Positions 27,452-40,039 of a stretch of 64,000 bases of DNA are shown here, piece by piece. Numbering within the stretch: position 1 is the stretch's first letter; every line of letters starts with the position of its first letter. Position numbers and translations under genes: made by a program. Source of the stretch: the human T2T-CHM13v2.0 reference genome, Homo sapiens; assembly GCF_009914755.1 (NCBI RefSeq), contig NC_060942.1; one strand, written 5' to 3'. The notes under the pieces were generated by a model, which was not told where the DNA came from, searched no databases, and worked only from the letters and a program-made list of their open reading frames with translations.

Positions 27452-30400
27452 TCCCTATCTCCATTTCAGAAATGTTCTTTGCTTTGTTGGGAGCAGCAAG
27501 CCACTGTTTGTTCTGAGTGCAGACCATGGTCTCTCTTGTTCTGAATTCTGGTGAGTTGTCACCATGAATGAATGAATTTCCTGTGGGGAAGACAGGATCA
27601 TCTTCCTATCTGTTTCTCACGCCTCCTGTGTCTCTGCTGTTGCCAGTGTTAGAAACCTTAACCCCTTGGAGTCTGTTCATCTCTCTTGCTGGTTCTGCTC
27701 CCTGGTATGCGTGCAGCTAGTGACTGTGCAGGCATCAGGTGACCTCTCCGCCTACTTTAGGCAAAAGCCAGAGAATAAAAGAGAGGATCCTTCAAGACAT
27801 GTACAACCCAATTATAGAGGTATTACATAAGGTTGTACACGAGAAGGAACAAAACACCTTCAGCTGCCATGTTGCCTTCCCTGCCAGACCATAGGCTTCT
27901 GTGAGCAGAACCCCGAAAGGCTGGACACAGAGAAAGTATGAGTGACTGTTTCAGGAGAGGTGGAAGAATAATTACAAAGGAACATGTAAGCTGCTGCAAA
28001 ATAACTGAGTGCATACGAGGGGAATTTCTGTGTACTGCCCTCCTTCTGTTGATTTCTTCTACATTGGAAGAAGAGACTTGAATCTGAAGCCATACAAATA
28101 TGTATAATATATTCACTAAGGATGTGAGTGAAGGTCACTACACCTGTTTGAAATGACAGAAATGTGTCTACATTTAGCCTACCCAATTAATCCTTTTGTA
28201 TTAAATACTTGGTAATTCAGCCTAATCCATTATGTCCCTTTAAAAAAAACAAAAAAAAGCAAAAGTCGTTTTCACTCAAATATCGATGAAATACAAATCA
28301 GGCTTCAGAGACAATTCTTTATGTGCTATAAGTCATCTGACACTTTTGTGTCAGCCATCTCTCATGCTGCCACAGTGGCAGGATATTACAGGATCAAAGC
28401 AAATTTGCAGGTCTGAATAACAAGTGCTGCTCTGAGCACGCTCTCCTGGCTCCTCCAGGTAACTGCGAGCTGGGTGCAGATCAGCTCTTTCACATTGTCT
28501 AGCTGAGCCTATGGAGACACCTGTGCCTGGGCACCTGCCTCCATGGTCACCCCTGCGGAGCCCTGTCGCTAGCCTTCAATGGACACTCTTGCTGCTTTGC
28601 CATAATTGGCCGACCCTGGAAAATCCTCACTTACATCTGTGCCTGGACTTCTTGTCTCTTTGCCATTTTACTGGCCTGGGCTTGGGGCCTCTGTTGTGTC
28701 ACTCTGTCACCTCTAACTTTGTCTGCCACAGTCTTTGGGGTACATACAGGTGGTCACCTGCCTTTGTATCTAAAAAGTGCTTCAGAGGGCAGGGAGCCTG
28801 CATGTGTAGCAGATGGACAAGTGCACCTGGGACCGATGCATCACAGCCTGAGCGGTTTTACAGTGTGGTTCCAGCACATTCCTACCTGCTCGGGTGTGCA
28901 CAGCTGGAGTTTCCCGGCACCATCATTGGACGCAATATGGGACAGTCTCAGAGCTGCAATAGCCTGCCTTCCTTGTTCTGCTCACGAGCCCTTGAAAGTC
29001 AGTTTTTCTCCCGTTTTGCGCACAGCAGGTATATCCTATTCTTGAACAATTTGCTGAAAAGCAGTAAATGAGGTCCTTTCTTGAAGGCAGGATTCTTTTC
29101 TCCTTTCTCTACTTTCCAAATCTACTCCCTGAGCCCTTCCTCTGCCTTAGAAGGCTTAGGGTTGTCTGGCCACATAAATACATGAGTAACCACTGGGGCC
29201 TCTCCCAGGAGGATAGGACCAAAGAAACAGAAAAATCCAGTAACTGGTTTTAGATAGAGCCTTTACACAACTGCGTTCAGACTAACAAAGTGGCAAAGAC
29301 ATCAGTATCTCTACTTTAGTTTCATGAACTAAGGAAATAAATAAGGAGAAATGTAATTCAGTAGGCTACAGACAACCAGAATTCACTGCCTCAGAATTTT
29401 TTCACTGAAAGTGCCTGCCACATGTCTAAGACCAGAGAAAGACAGCAACTTATGCATAAGCTACCACTCCCTGTCTGTAGGACCAGGTTTCTAGCAGTGA
29501 GAAGGTGGAACAGGTCTGGACACACCTCTGCCGTGAAATCTATGCAAAAAAAAACCCTTCATACCCGACAAGAAGATAGTGTGTCAGTTGCTTCCCTATG
29601 CCTGAATTACAGGTTTGTAGAGCTCAGGACAAGGAACGTGCATTTGGGTAACATTATTTGAAAATTGTGGGGGTGCTGCTGAGTTCCAAAAGTGGACTGG
29701 TCACCTTGGCCAATACTAGCTGAGGAAGCAGAGGTGAGTTAGCCCCCTGGTATTGCACTGGATTACTTGCTAGGACTTTGTATAAAGAAGCACAGTCTGA
29801 AACAGACGCACTGCAGGAGACCAGGGATGAACAGTGGGGAACACTGCCTGCAGAAGGGGATGTGAAAGGAAGCTGGGAGTAGATGTTTCAACACCCGACA
29901 CTGTTTGGATTTACATCTTTTAGCTTTAGATTGTCTACTGTAAAATAGAAGCAGAACTCTTATCACTTAAAATTGTAAGTAAACAGATGTCTTTATTCTA
30001 GAGTAACATAGCACATTTGTTATCTCACCAAAAATAGATTCTTTTCTGATGTTGTAGAGTAGAGAATCTGAAACCAACAGTGTACGTGTAGGAGCTTCAA
30101 TCCATTCAACTGGTGGCATCATATACTTCACATCCTTAGGACTGCTTATGTGATGTGCAGTCAAGGATTGGGCAGGTCATATATCATGTCACTCCATCCT
30201 TCAATGCCTTTTGATCTGTTTAGCAGCTCCTTGTGACAACCTAAGGAAGAGGGTGAGGGTGGTGAGACTCAGATTGACCCGTGTCTTTTGTAAATTCTTC
30301 TTCCTTTCTTCCTTCCTTCACCCCTAGAGCCCTTTATTTCCTCAAAGAGATGAACTGGGACAGGTACGCACTTCAGACTGTCTCAGAGGCATTTAGCCCT

Positions 30401-33400
30401 GATTAATGCCTCTGAAATTAAAGCTTGTTATCTTCCTAATACTGATACAGACCATAAAGCATTGTGTGTTACAATAAATGGAGCACCCGGAGCTCTATAC
30501 TGAGTGCTGTTCCCTTCTCGATAGCAGAAGTGCTGGGGGATGGTGACCACCACTAACAGTTACTGGACATTTCTTATGGGTAAGTCAATGTGGTGAGTCT
30601 TTAGCTCATCAGAGTGATTAAGAAATAGACATGATTGTTATTCTATTCTCCAGATAATAAACAAACTTAAAAGACATTAATAAATTGGTCCAACTTCATA
30701 CAGCTAGTTAATGTGGGACCCAGGATTTGAACTCTGGAACCCATGCTCCTGACTCCTAAGGCTTCCAAAGAACCACATTCTAGAATCACATAATCAGATA
30801 ACTGTAGGACTCAGAATACCTTTAACAATCATATGGTCTTGTATCCTCTTTTGCCAGTAAGGAAACTGAGTACTAGAATGGTTCAGTGACTTGCACAAGA
30901 TCACAGAGCTAGATTGGAACACAGCTAGGATTAGCCCCAAGCCCTCCTGCCTGCCTGCCAGGCTTCTTTCTGTTACAGCACACTGTGTCATCATTAAATG
31001 TTCATTTTTAAGATAGGCTACAAAAACTTTATCCGAGGTTCTTAAAAATAAAATGTTATCCTTCTATCTAGAAGAAAAGAATATCGTGTGTGTGTTTCAA
31101 GAACTTTCCCAGGTCTTGACTAAGTCAGAGAGGTCACATCTTGGCAACTTGGGAGACACAGGAGACCCAGTGCCTGAGCTCACCAGCTCTAGGAACCCTG
31201 ATATGTGCCTGTTATCCTGCCACCCCAGTCCTGAAGCTGCTGCCCTCTTCTCAAGCAGTGTGAAGGATCCAAGCAAGCCGCTGGTGATGGGGTTGCCTGA
31301 CACCTAGTCCTGGGTGATCCCCGGCCCCAACTGCTCCCAGCTCTGCCATATCCGACCTACTCACACATCCCTTGTCGCAATTAGTTCGCACCTTGCACTT
31401 AGCAGCCCATCCCAGCAGGGCAGCTGCCTCAGCTGCAGAGAGCCCCATGGTGGTGGCAGTGATTACATACACCTACACAAAGGAACTAGGTACCCTTTAA
31501 AAACACTGCTCCTACAGAAAACCCATTCCTGTGTCTTCCTGCTCCTGTTGAATACAAACTTTCCTTCCCAATACAATTCCCTTTATTTCAAAGTGTAGCA
31601 TCAAAGTGCAGCAAGAAGGGCCTCAGAAGCAGCTGACGGTCACAAAATAGTGACTGCTTCCTGCTGCTGTCGGAGGATCGCGCCCTCCCAGCCCCCACCT
31701 GCCAGAGCCTCAAGACCACTCCAGCTGCCCTCTGCCAACTCCCCAAGTCTAGAATATCCCTCTCTTCCATATCCACCCATAGAAACAGCACTCCATATTT
31801 CTGTCTCATTTGTAAGGTAGTTTCCCTTATGAAGCTTTGCATACCTTTCTTTGGAATTAGCATACTTCTGACTGCCAACAGCAGTTTTCATTTTTAAAAT
31901 TTTAATGAACATTTACTTGTGCTGAGCATGTTCTAGGTGCTTTACAAGGAAAAGAATTGAGTTAATATTCATAACAACTCTCTTAGCCCATTTTACAGAT
32001 GGGAAAATGGAGCCAAAGTCACACAGCTAATAAATGGGACCTGGCTTTGAACCCAGACAGTGCGGCTCCAGGGAATGTGCTCTTGACCAGTCAGCTTGCC
32101 CCTTATTCTGCCTTGAGTTGAGTTTGTTGTTTACACATCTGTCTCTTAGTGACTATTAGAACTATGTCTCCTTGCTCTCTGCATCCCCAGCAATGCCCAG
32201 TCCGGGCTCTGCTTGTCATGCGCTTTCAGGGCTGTCTGAATGACTGGCAGGACAGCCTGGACACCACAGCCCGGAGCTAAGCACAGGATTTCCCTCATTG
32301 CAGCCACAGTGTTGGTCCCTTAGGTCTCCTATCTCTTAATCTCTCCCAGCTTTACGTTATGTGTTTGTAAAATAAGGATAATAGTACTTACCCCACAAAG
32401 TTAATGGGAGCGGGCGTATAATCAGATAGCGTTAGGAGTTGGAATCGTTTTCACCAGCATGTGATCTAGTCTTTGGCACATAAGGAAACTGAGGGCCAGA
32501 ACGGTTCTGTGACTGGCACAAAGTCGTAGATCTATACTGTGACCCTGACACATGTGAAGACTGACAATGACAGAAAATACGGATTTCTTTTCTCAACAGA
32601 TATATCATGTACCACTCTAAGAAACGTCCTCTCTGATGTACCTGGCGGCATATATATGTATTCTAATAATGTCATTGCTCAAAAGATTTCTGAAGTTCTT
32701 ATTTCAGAATAATCTGTAGAGTAGTATGTGACACTCTCTGTTTATTGCCCTTGCTGGTGGCAAATCTCCCTCCCCTGGCAGGAGGACTTACATTTGGGGA
32801 ATAGCTAAAAGTCAAGCTGAACCTCTTGAATAAGATGGGGAACAAGCAGTGGAAATAACATGTCTCCTGAAAGTCTGGTTGTAGTTTGAGTGATGCTGCT
32901 TTCTGATTAAGTTTTCATCAAGATGAGGTAAGAGAGAAAAGTAACAAAGACAGATTTCTCGTGTGGTTTGTAGGATAACACTTAAAATTCCACAAGGGGA
33001 CCAGGCTGCATGTTTCTTTACAGCTGATGAAAACCAGCGTTGTGGGTACAGATGCGGCCTTGTGCTTATAAGTATTGTATGCCCATTAAATAACAACATT
33101 AACGAATAGATGCAATTGGAAAACAGACGCTTTGTGAGGGTACTTTAAGGCAGGACCGTAAAGGCATGAAAGAGGGATTTACTTATGATATGAAGTTATT
33201 TCCCAAACTGAAACTATCCAGACTTCCAGAAGCTCTTGATGTAGTGCCAGTTTTGAAACAATCTTCAAGGATGTTTCCCAAGGAAGGTCCCCCTTCCAAA
33301 TAAAGCCAGTATGAAAGGAAGAATCTAGGAAAGCTATGATAAGCCAGGTACTTAATCAGCAACTTTATATATACTTTAAAAAATCTCATCTAATCTTCAC

Positions 33401-35097
33401 ACCCTCCCTAAGAAGTTAATAATAGGATCTCATATTATGCATGAGAAAACAGGCTCGGGGTGGAAGTCATGGAAGTCACCTGCCGCATGAGAAGACTGAG
33501 GCTCAGGGGGTGTAAGTCACTTGCTGCAACATCACAAGGTAGATGGAAAAAAAATCCATGTGCATCTTACTCCATCACACTGAGACCAGAGCAATCTGTG
33601 TTCTCAGGATATTTAAATGAGTAATATTTTATTCCTGTGAGACCTCTAAACCAAAAGGTTTGGGGATACAATAAATCTGTTATCTTGGAAACAAAGCTGG
33701 CAGCTGCTCTTGGCTGGGCTCTATGTGGTAGCTGTGCTTCATGGCAGTGTTTTTGCTCTCACTATCCAATATCCATCCACCCTCTTCTCAGCGGGCCCAA
33801 ACACAACTATTAATAGAAGTATGGATACTCGGTTTGGATATCTCTTTCAAAACAAAGAAGAGTCTCTTAAAAACTCTTGAGAAATCAAAACTTGTAACTG
33901 CCTTATTCTTTTTCATCCCTTCTTCCCCTTTAAAGTTGTATTTATTGGATCACATTATGGTGCCCCCAACTTAAGAGCTAACAAGTACATTTCTTAGTCC
34001 TTCTTCATCATGGGTTTCTTAGCAAAATGAGTACTCATGCGCATGCACATAAACACACCTTCAGTTCTGCCCAGACTCCTTCCTGTGGATGGGGAGAGTT
34101 GCTGACACAGGAGTCAGAGTAGAAACGCAGCAGCTTGTGCTAATGGAAAAAGGAGGATGATGGTTTCAGAGCATGCATTCTGCTCTCCTGCCCACCCCTC
34201 CACCCGTCTCCAGTTCTGCCCCCAAAAAGGCAGCTGAAGTCATTTCAAGGCTTCCTACTTTGTTTCTGTTCCAGAGGCCAAGCCTCCTGGTAAGACTGAG
34301 GAAAGCGTAAAGCACCTTGAGTTCCATCCTCCCAAAGGGCCCTGTAGCTGGAGTCAGAGCCTGCGTTTCAGCCTCTCCTTCACCACCATCTAATTTATTG
34401 CCTTGAGCAAGCCACTTGCACTCCCTAGGCCTGCCTGTTGCTTCTTCCTTCCAGAGCACGAGGAAATACAAGGAATGAAAAGGATCGAGACCAGCCTGGC
34501 CCTTGCTAGGTCTCTTCTGGGCAAATCACATGCTCTTCCATCCACTAAGTGAGGCCACAGATGTCAGAATGCAGCCATCCAGTGTGTCCAGTTCAAAGTA
34601 GAAACTGCTCGGTGGATGGGAGTTGCAATGATCTTGAAAATTAGTGTTTGGAAATTGACTGTCTCTGAGATTCCTCGCAGCTATATTTGATTTGAATCCC
34701 CTTCCCCAAAACCACCTATTGTGTTGGGAGTTAATCAAACCACACTGATAGGCAAATGGACATGCCAATCTCTCTCTCCCTCTCTCCCTCTCTCTCCTCT
34801 TGTCAGATAAGGTTTGAGGGAGAGAGGAATCAGCAGGGGTTCCCCCTAGCTGTCCCTCCACCATCATAAGCCATGCACAATTGTCAGTACTCACCTCTGC
34901 CCTCCTCCTTCTCCGGGACACCCTGCCTCCTCTCTCCAGGCCTCCATGGGCTCCTTGGCCTCTGAATTCCTGTAGACATCTAGAGTCCAGATCACAAAAC
35001 AATCACTTAATAGTCGGAATTTTCATTTGTTCAATTTCCATTTTTGGATAAACTGGGCACATGGCTAAATGTTTTCATCACATTGTATCAATTAATC

Positions 35098-35290
35098 CAG
35101 TGGTTCCCAAATGTATCTACACTTCAGAATGGCCTGGGGAGAGGGGGGCTTCAATAAACTACTGATACCTCTGTCCCACCCCAGAAATTATGATTTAATT
35201 AGAGTATGGCCTGGGCTGTAGAATTTGTTAAGACCTCCCTCCCCCCAGCTAAGTGATTCTAATGTGCAGGCAAATTTGGGAACTGCTGAC
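35098..35290. mobile_element. MER5A-like DNA transposon
   Basis: cagtggttcccaaa...gtgattctaatgtgcag...tttgggaactgctg terminal inverted ends. Confidence 0.7.
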
Positions 35291-35857
35291 TTCTTAGAAC
35301 TCTCTGCCATAGGACTTATAATCATGTCCTATTTACAGATGAAGCTCCTGCAGTTGAGCAAACTCCAGTGAGCCCCTCAAGCTCACGTCCACACTGCGTG
35401 AGAGCCAGCACTCCAGCCTGGCAAGACTGCAGCTGTGCTGTCTCAATCCTTGCTACCCACAGTGTGGTCCAGAGACCACAGCATCACCTGGGAGCTTGTT
35501 CAAAGCGCACATTTTCAGGCCCCACAAAGTCAGACCTACCGAATTTATTCAGAATCCCTCCAAGGGAGTCTCATGCCTGCTTCACTTTGATAACGGCTGC
35601 TGTAGTCATGTCAAATGCCCTGAAGGTTACAGTCATGTGCTGGCAGCCTCGGGAGCCACAGCTCTGGCCCCTAGCCATCCTCTGACTTTAATTTACCTGA
35701 GTATTATCTGGGCTGCTGGTTTAAAATGACCCACCTCAAAGATCTTTTTTCAGGAAGTTAGAAATCCTGGAGTTATAGCGTTTCTGTGCTGTTTCGTGTT
35801 TGTGAGTTTTAAAGCCAATAAGGATCACCCCTTTGGAGCAGGGACCACACATCTATT

Positions 35858-35876
35858 CCTGCCGCCCTCTGGCAGT
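35858..35876 (-). promoter_or_regulatory. CTCF motif
   Basis: Reverse complement ACTGCCAGAGGGCGGCAGG matches the CTCF core; a weaker opposite-orientation match GAGCAGGTGGCAG follows at ~35880-35892. Confidence 0.6.
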
Positions 35877-35989
35877 AATGAGCAGGTGGCAGGGCTCGGG
35901 ACTGTTAGCCTGATTGATGGCCTGGTGGAACCACCACCAGGGCACTAAGGTAATTAGACGATCTGTTTCTGGACCTTGCTTTCTGGGCT

Positions 35990-36900
35990 GGAGGCTGCCG
36001 CCTTACGTGATTAGGATGCGTGGGAGGCGCCGCCTCTCCTAGAAGCTGTGCAGGTAGCGCTGGGCTGCAGGAGGCAGCCAAGCCAGGCGCACGATCAGAG
36101 CAGGGACGCCTCCCGTTCCTTGGTTCCTGGGCTCCAACGGGCACCTCCAAACCAATAGTTCCAGCATCTCTGTATGCAGACCTTAGAGGACAGGAAGCGA
36201 CTGCGAGCCCCACACTCTCCAGACACGGAAACTCTAAATGCAGAGAGAACGAAGCATATTTTGTCTTCCTTTTCCTTTTTTTTTTTAAGCAAAATAATAA
36301 CTTGACACAAGTCCAAGTAGTTAAAAAGATACTAAAAGAAACCCAATTTAGAAGGGCTTTTAGTAGGCTGAAAACAGATGTGGCAAACCATTTCGGGATA
36401 TTCTGGGAGATGAGATGGGGAGGACCGGATTCGAAATGCCTGGGCCGCCTGTTCTGGGCCCGCCCCGCCAGGTGCCTGTGCTCGGGAGGGGCCTTGCCCA
36501 GCACGCATTCTAGAAGGAAGCGGCCCCGCGCCTCCTCCCTCGCAATTACCGCCGGGTCGGAGGCATCCGGGCGGTGCGAAGTCAGCACCGTGCCGAGCAG
36601 TTGAGAGCAGACGGTGTTTTCTTTTCATTGTTCCCTCGCTTCGCTGGGAGAGCGGCGGCACCTGTTCCGCGGAAGCGCGGCCAAAGTTGGAAGCCCTGGC
36701 GGCTGCTGCCTGCAGCCGACGCGCGGGGGCGCCCGGCTTCATCCGGCCGCGGGGGACCAGGAGCCTGAGAGCCTGGAACTGGGTGCGGGGGGACAGCCAG
36801 CCCGAGAGGGCCCAGGGTCGGATTTCGGATGGAACCAGAGCTCGCTCCAGGGAGTTGAAGGAGTTGGGAGCGCATCTCCCAATAATCCCAAAGAAACCGA
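35990..36900. promoter_or_regulatory. Intragenic CpG island / probable bidirectional promoter
   Basis: Dense undepleted CpG in non-repeat sequence; GC box CCCGCCCC (36459-36466); palindromic ETS/STAT-like TTCCGCGGAA (36665-36674). Confidence 0.85.
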
Positions 36901-36908
36901 GCTTTCAG

Positions 36909-36980
36909 TGCATGCAAGGGGCATTTGATTTCCCTCATTTCTGAGCACTGAAGCACTCCACTGTCATATTTTTGAAATTC
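36909..36980 (+). repeat. Left arm of a perfect 72-bp long-range inverted repeat
   Basis: Exact reverse complement of 39372-39443, checked base by base; flanking bases mismatch on both sides. Confidence 0.97.
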
Positions 36981-38822
36981 GAGAACAAGGAGGTTAAAGA
37001 GTCTAAATGGAAGACTAGGTGACCATCCAAAATATCATACATCAATTGCATCTTGTAATTAGTAAAATCATTTTTATTACTTAAGGTAAATCTTGATAAG
37101 GTGTTTTTATTAGGTAAGATAAACCTGGTATAACATACGTTGCGGGTGTGTGTGTTTTGTTCAGTTGTCATTTTCAGAGAAATAAATGAATTTTTAAAGT
37201 GTATATTTATTCATCAATAATTATTTTTAAAGTGTGCCTGTATACCATATATGTAGTTTTATATCTATCCCACTACCTTCTGCTTGCATAACTGAAGTCA
37301 CAAAAAGGTAAAAACTAATCCCCCAATATACAGAAGAATCTAGTATGTCCCATAAAAGCATCTTTGCTAACTGGCATCGTGAAAGTATGGTGCTGGACAC
37401 TCTTGAAATGAAATCATTGTTACTGTCAAATTAGACATCTCCACAAATATACATGATCTGCTCAAACTGACTTTACATCTGGGAAAGGAGAAATTGTAGG
37501 TCTCTCTTACTCTGGGATATTTTTGATAGAGCAAAGGTATCCATGATGTAAATTTCTGAGATATTATAGATAAGCCCTTTATAAAGTCACAAATAATATT
37601 CCCATAATGAGGGGGGAAAAGATTCCAAAGAAGGCTGAGCACTTACTGAGGGCAGGGACCATCATTGTCTCCTGCTTTACAGTATCTGCAACTCCTAGCA
37701 TATCTGGTTTACGTCTTGCCAACTAAAGGTAATGAGGCTTCCCTGGAAGGGCACTGAATCCATGGCCAGAAAGTTTCACAAGGAGGCAGCTGAAATAACC
37801 AGCCACATAGCTCATGGGGGAACATCAGTGCACCTCAGGGGGTTGGCATTCTGGGAGAGGTCCTCTCAGCTCAGATTTCTTTTGTAAACTTTCCCAGTCT
37901 GGGACTTTCCTTCCTACACTGATCCTATGACTCTGCATAAAATTCAGTTTTATATGTATACATTGCATATTTAGTGCACACAGGACACAGCGATCAGGTG
38001 TTGCAGGGTTTGCAGAAATAAGCAAAACAACACCCTTTATGTGCTGGCCAGGAATAAGTTTACAGTCAAACAGTGCAAGAAGGGCATCATACCAGGGTCA
38101 GAACAAGCATGTTTCATCAGGGCAGCAAAAAGAGCTCACATCTATGGAGGAGTCTTTGAAGGAGTGCAGCGTGTGAGATGTACTTTAAAGAATGCAAAAA
38201 ATCTTCAACTGGGAAGAAATGGATGGGAGGAGAATATTCTGAACAGAAGGAATGGTGCGAGTAGGAGTTTGGATCATGGGGTATGTTTGGGGAACAGGGC
38301 AAACACTTGTCCTTGAACATAAAATATATGTGCATAGAAAAGAGAGCTATAAAAGATAAGGCTGGAAATGCTGGTTGGGGCCATATTTAAAAACTCGTTC
38401 TTACCTGCCTGGCCAAATAATTTGTATTTAGTTTCAGAAAGTAGTTAGAAATAGGAGATTCTTGAGCAGAACAAGTAAATAGCACTGGGATTACACATTG
38501 AGAGAGTTTTTGTGGTATTGGGACACATAGAATGCCCATGCAGGAAGACAGTAGAGCCTGAATTTAGGATTGTGGCAGAGGGATTAAGAAGTTGGAAAAT
38601 ACACTTTGAGAGCTGCTTCAAAGACACTCCTAGCCTTGGCAAATGGTTGGGTTTGCGAGAAGGAATGGGTTGGTTAAGGGAATCATAGCAGTCACATAGG
38701 AAGTCAGGAAGAGCGCAGTGACTGTGGGGCAAAGAATTCTCTTTTAGACTTATGGTCTTTGAGGTGCTGGCAGGACCTCCAAGGGAAGATGCTCACAGAA
38801 GAAGTTAGAAATCAAATTCAGA

Positions 38823-39132
38823 AGGTTGGGCACAGCGGCCCATGCCTGTAACCTCAACACTTTTCGAGGCCAAGGCAGGAGGATCGCTTGAGGCCAGGAG
38901 TTCAAGACCTGGCAGCATAGCAAGACCCCATTGCTATAAAAAATAAAAGATTAGCTGGGCATGGTGACATGTGCTTGTAGTCCTAGTTACTTGGGAGGCT
39001 GAGGAGGGAAGATCGCTTGAGCCCAAGGATTCAAGATTATAGTGGGCTGCGATCACGCCACTGCACTCCAGCCTAGATGGCAGAGCAAGACCCTGTCTCT
39101 AAAAAAGAAAACAAAACAAAAACAAATAAAAA
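38823..39132 (+). mobile_element. Alu (AluJ-like), inside the inverted-repeat spacer
   Basis: ggatcgcttgaggccaggagttcaagacc; A-rich tail. Confidence 0.88.
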
Positions 39133-39371
39133 ACATTAAATTCAGCACATGGAGAAACAGGGCTAGAGTTACAGAATAGAAATTCATCCATGGAGGGGCA
39201 GGGACAGGAATAGATGAAAATGCCAGGAATCCTGGGGAGGCAGAAGAGGCCAAGGACAGAGCTTTGAGGTGGTCACGTGTTCCTGCCCAGCCTCTGGTCC
39301 TGCTCTCCTCTCGTTGATGTCTAGAAAAACATTCTTACCAAAAAAAAAAAAAAAAATACAATTTGCTAGGA

Positions 39372-39443
39372 GAATTTCAAAAATATGACAGTGGAGTGCT
39401 TCAGTGCTCAGAAATGAGGGAAATCAAATGCCCCTTGCATGCA
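39372..39443 (-). repeat. Right arm of a perfect 72-bp long-range inverted repeat
   Basis: Exact reverse complement of 36909-36980; spacer 2391 bp. Confidence 0.97.
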
Positions 39444-40039
39444 AAATTCTTCCACCTGAGATTAGTTAGAGGCTTCAGACAATATGGAAAGACAATTTCA
39501 GATTTTAGGAAGTTTTGTTTATTGAATTTATTTATACTAAAATGAATCTGTAGTTCTAATTTGGGAAAATGACTTAGCTACTTCCTTCAGAAAAAATATA
39601 ATTCTAATCTTTAGTGTTCAATCTGATTTTCTGCCCACTCCTCCTAAAAAGTTTTCAATCACTTTCTGAAACTAGAAATAATTCAAAAGAAGAGCTAAAA
39701 TATTGCAAACTTCCTTCACAGTTTATTTTTGCAGGCCGTTCTCTGAGTAGAGATGCACAGGAAATGAATGGTTACAGTAACTGGGATGTTTGTGGTAAAA
39801 ATACAATTTTTTAAACTTAGACCATTTTTCCAGGTTTTACGTCTCCCATAACTCAAATATTGTTTTCTTCTGAGAAGAATAAAAACACAGGTGATCTACA
39901 AAAAATAGACCTTCCTCTTGAGTATACAATTAACTTTTGTGTGCAAATTTTGTCCTATAAATCATAGTGTGACCCATCATGGGAGGAACTCCAAAAAAAC
40001 CAAACTGTAAACCCATAATTTCTTTTATGTTTTCTAAAG

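Larger units (their letters stand above)
29970..36170 (-). ncRNA. Probable antisense lncRNA from the CpG island (from memory, LOC100192426 lies in this PTPRM intron)
   Basis: CpG island at the 5' end; minus-strand donor CAC|GTAAGG at 36007/36006; minus-strand AATAAA at 29992-29997. Ends approximate; identity recalled, not verified. Confidence 0.45.

Noticed and set aside
28511-29071. 186-aa ATG-initiated ORF
   Set aside because: No recognisable domain or retrocopy hallmarks (poly(A), TSD); likely a chance intronic ORF
35905-36956. Long overlapping ORFs (227, 194, 136 and 124 aa) on both strands
   Set aside because: Stop-codon depletion in a GC-rich CpG island; no recognisable domain; several use non-ATG starts
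36909-36980. Repeat arm as a snoRNA or pre-miRNA
   Set aside because: No C box (RUGAUGA), no H/ACA layout and no long local hairpin within a single arm
36909-39443. Reading the 72-bp inverted repeat as TIRs of a 2.5-kb DNA transposon
   Set aside because: No TSD, no transposase remnant, and the spacer contains ancient AluJ/L2 sequence incompatible with undiverged TIRs
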